NCBI GenBank assembly: GCA_048938005.1 | Contig: JBHLMQ010000059.1 | Coordinates: 1 to 18,097 of the forward strand | Length of the DNA stretch: 18,097 nucleotides | Source of the DNA: Promethearchaeota archaeon | GTDB taxonomy: Archaea > Asgardarchaeota > Lokiarchaeia > Sigyniarchaeales > SOKP01 | Reading direction: 5' to 3' | In this document: in pieces, positions 16,302 to 18,097 of the stretch | How the letters are laid out: the number at the start of each line of letters is the position of its first letter | Numbering within the stretch: position 1 is the stretch's first letter | Position numbers and translations under genes: made by a program | Notes under the pieces: model-generated | Told to the model about the DNA's origin: nothing | Databases searched by the model: none | The model's input: the letters and a program-made list of their open reading frames with translations, nothing else

Positions 16302-18097
16302 TTGATAAATTTGAGTTTTATTTCCACATGTTTTAGGCGATTTAGAAAGAAAAAATCAAAAAATATTTTATATTGTACAGCATTGTTTTGTTGTATTTTA
16401 AGTTTAGTTTTATCATCTTCAATAAAACCTAATTTGGATAATAATTCCAAAAACATACAGGATAATTTAATTTATAGTGAATATGCTTTTAAATCATCAA
16501 CTCCTCCGGTACTTTTAATAAATTCGCCAGTTAATTATACTTCATATAGTAACATTGCGCCAAACTTTACATTCACTATTCTTGATGGATTAGGAGAATA
16601 TTTTTGGTATGAATTTTTAGAAACAGGAGTAGTTTCGGTACCTATTGAATTAGAGGGAATTCACAATGAAAATATATCAGACAAATTTAATCAAAATCTA
16701 TGGGATAAATTAAAGAATGGAGATGTAATGATTAGATTTTACGTAGTTAACTCTTTAGGAAAACTAGGATATGCAGATGTAATAGTCAGAATTGATATTA
16801 TTGAAACAAATCTTAATACTTTATCACCTAGTAGTAACTCTTTTAATTCGACAATTTTAGGATTTATTGTTCAGATTTGGATGACATTATTTTACCTCTT
16901 CATTTTTTTTAAGCGGTATATAAAGAGAAAAGCAGTAAGTTTATTCTTTAGCCTATTTTTATTATGTTATTTTTTATTTTTCTTCTTTTCAATTTCTGCA
17001 AATATTAATATTACTAATGTACAGGATGATTTAATTTATAAAGAGGATTCCTTAAAACTATCAACTGCTCCAACTATTCAAATTAATTCACCAGTTAATT
17101 ATACATTATATGGTAAAATTGCACCAAACTTTTCAATAACTATTATTGGAGGGCTAGCCAACTATTCATGGTATGAATTTTTAAAAACGGGGGAGAGTTC
17201 AGCACCAATTAAATTAAATGGAATAATGAATGAAAATGTAACAGGAACATATAATCAAAGTTTATGGAATAATTTATCTAACGGGACTGCAACGATTAGA
17301 TTTTATGCTAATAACTCCTTAGGAGAAGTAGGACAAGCAGATGTTATTGTTAGAATTGATATAAATGATCCAACTATTAATATAATATACCCCATTGGTG
17401 GTTTCTTTAATTCAACAGCTCCAGAATTTACGGTAGAAATAGAAGATCCTAATCTAGAAAAAATGTGGTATACATTAAATACCAACTCTACAAAACATTT
17501 TTTTGAGGATAATGGAATTATTGACCAAGATGCTTGGAACTTTTTATCAGAGGGAATAGTTAATATAACTTTTTTCGCAAATGATTCTGTTAGTAATTTA
17601 CATTCTAATATGACGCAAATTAATAAGGATACAATCAACCCTACAGGCTCCATCACTATTAATAATGGGGATACATGGACAAATTCTACGAGTGTAATTT
17701 TAACATTGATTTACAATGACACGATTTCAGGAGTTGATAAAGTCCGTTATAGTAATAATGGTACTACTTGGACTCCATGGGAGACTGCTAATGATACACG
17801 AAGTTGGATATTATCTCCCGGTGAAGGGACCAAGATTGTGTTTTATGAAATACGGGATAATGTTGGATGGATCACTCAATATAATGATACAATTGATCTA
17901 GACATGACCGGTCCTACTGGTTCTATTGAGATCAATGGTGGGGATACATGGACAAATTCTACAAGTGTATTATTATCATTGGTGTATGAAGATGTGGCTT
18001 CTGGAGTTGATAAGGTTCGCTATAGTAATAATGGTACTACTTGGACTCCATGGGAGACTGCTAATGATACACGAAGTTGGATATTATCTCCCGGTGA
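16302..18097 (+). CDS. Large membrane-anchored or secreted glycoprotein with tandem Ig-like beta-sandwich repeats (3' end beyond window)
   Basis: Hand translation gives a frame open from TTG 16302 (alternatives TTG 16311, ATG 16881) to the edge, about 598 codons. It has a basic + hydrophobic signal, ~90-100 aa beta-rich units (P.I.I.SP.N...W..L.NG...IRFYANNSLG...IVRID) and many N-x-S/T sequons. Not in the ORF track. Confidence 0.9.
   Translation, partial: MINLSFISTCFRRFRKKKSKNILYCTALFCCILSLVLSSSIKPNLDNNSKNIQDNLIYSEYAFKSSTPPVLLINSPVNYTSYSNIAPNFTFTILDGLGEYFWYEFLETGVVSVPIELEGIHNENISDKFNQNLWDKLKNGDVMIRFYVVNSLGKLGYADVIVRIDIIETNLNTLSPSSNSFNSTILGFIVQIWMTLFYLFIFFKRYIKRKAVSLFFSLFLLCYFLFFFFSISANINITNVQDDLIYKEDSLKLSTAPTIQINSPVNYTLYGKIAPNFSITIIGGLANYSWYEFLKTGESSAPIKLNGIMNENVTGTYNQSLWNNLSNGTATIRFYANNSLGEVGQADVIVRIDINDPTINIIYPIGGFFNSTAPEFTVEIEDPNLEKMWYTLNTNSTKHFFEDNGIIDQDAWNFLSEGIVNITFFANDSVSNLHSNMTQINKDTINPTGSITINNGDTWTNSTSVILTLIYNDTISGVDKVRYSNNGTTWTPWETANDTRSWILSPGEGTKIVFYEIRDNVGWITQYNDTIDLDMTGPTGSIEINGGDTWTNSTSVLLSLVYEDVASGVDKVRYSNNGTTWTPWETANDTRSWILSPG
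16332..17440 (+). repeat. Diverged tandem duplication of the gene's 5' end (signal peptide + first Ig-like domain)
   Basis: Gap-free offset of 564 bp at the anchors checked: acaggataatttaatttata 16457 vs acaggatgatttaatttata 17021; agaattgatat 16788 vs 17352; tttaattc 16842 vs 17406. The basic n-regions align at offset 576 (FRRFRKKKS vs FKRYIKRKA). Confidence 0.9.
17640..18097 (+). repeat. 273-bp (91-aa) tandem domain repeat, second copy cut by the edge
   Basis: PTGSI.IN.GDTWTNSTSV...SGVDKVRYSNNGTTWTPWETANDTRSWILSPG at 17640 and 17913. Segment 17748-17824 is identical to 18021-18097. Confidence 0.95.

Noticed and set aside
16903-16910. T8 tract at the duplication junction as a phase-variation switch
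   Set aside because: Homopolymers of 8-9 A/T are common throughout this AT-rich window, including in housekeeping genes.
17303-17901. ORFs 17303-17656 (-) and 17716-17901 (+)
   Set aside because: Both overlap the long open surface-protein frame (one antisense, one out of frame) that the ORF track missed.

Overview
Very AT-rich archaeal DNA. The gene content (actin homologue, gelsolin domain, Roadblock/LC7, Ig-like glycoprotein, several TTG starts) points to an Asgard archaeon, most likely Lokiarchaeia; this is inferred from content, not from a search. The core is a run of co-oriented minus-strand genes (12991 to 3329): gelsolin-domain protein, Roadblock/LC7, a Cdc48-N-like x3 + Pro/Thr linker + vWA protein, an AbrB-ACT regulator, a coiled-coil protein ending in a WH2-like LL-x8-LKKV motif, a divergent actin-related protein, a helical-repeat protein with a CHAT/caspase-like domain lacking its His/Cys dyad, and a coiled-coil + PLD-fold protein lacking HKD. 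An orphan N6-adenine DNA methyltransferase and a DEAD-box helicase (cut by the window edge, absent from the ORF track) follow. The right part has nnr, a DUF169-like gene and a large surface glycoprotein gene (also absent from the ORF track, open at the right edge) with an in-frame duplication of its own 5' end. The best candidate for an undescribed system is the actin-like / pseudo-CHAT / pseudo-PLD / WH2-like operon with its gelsolin, Roadblock and vWA neighbours. All domain calls are by-eye motif recognition and need HMM or structure confirmation.
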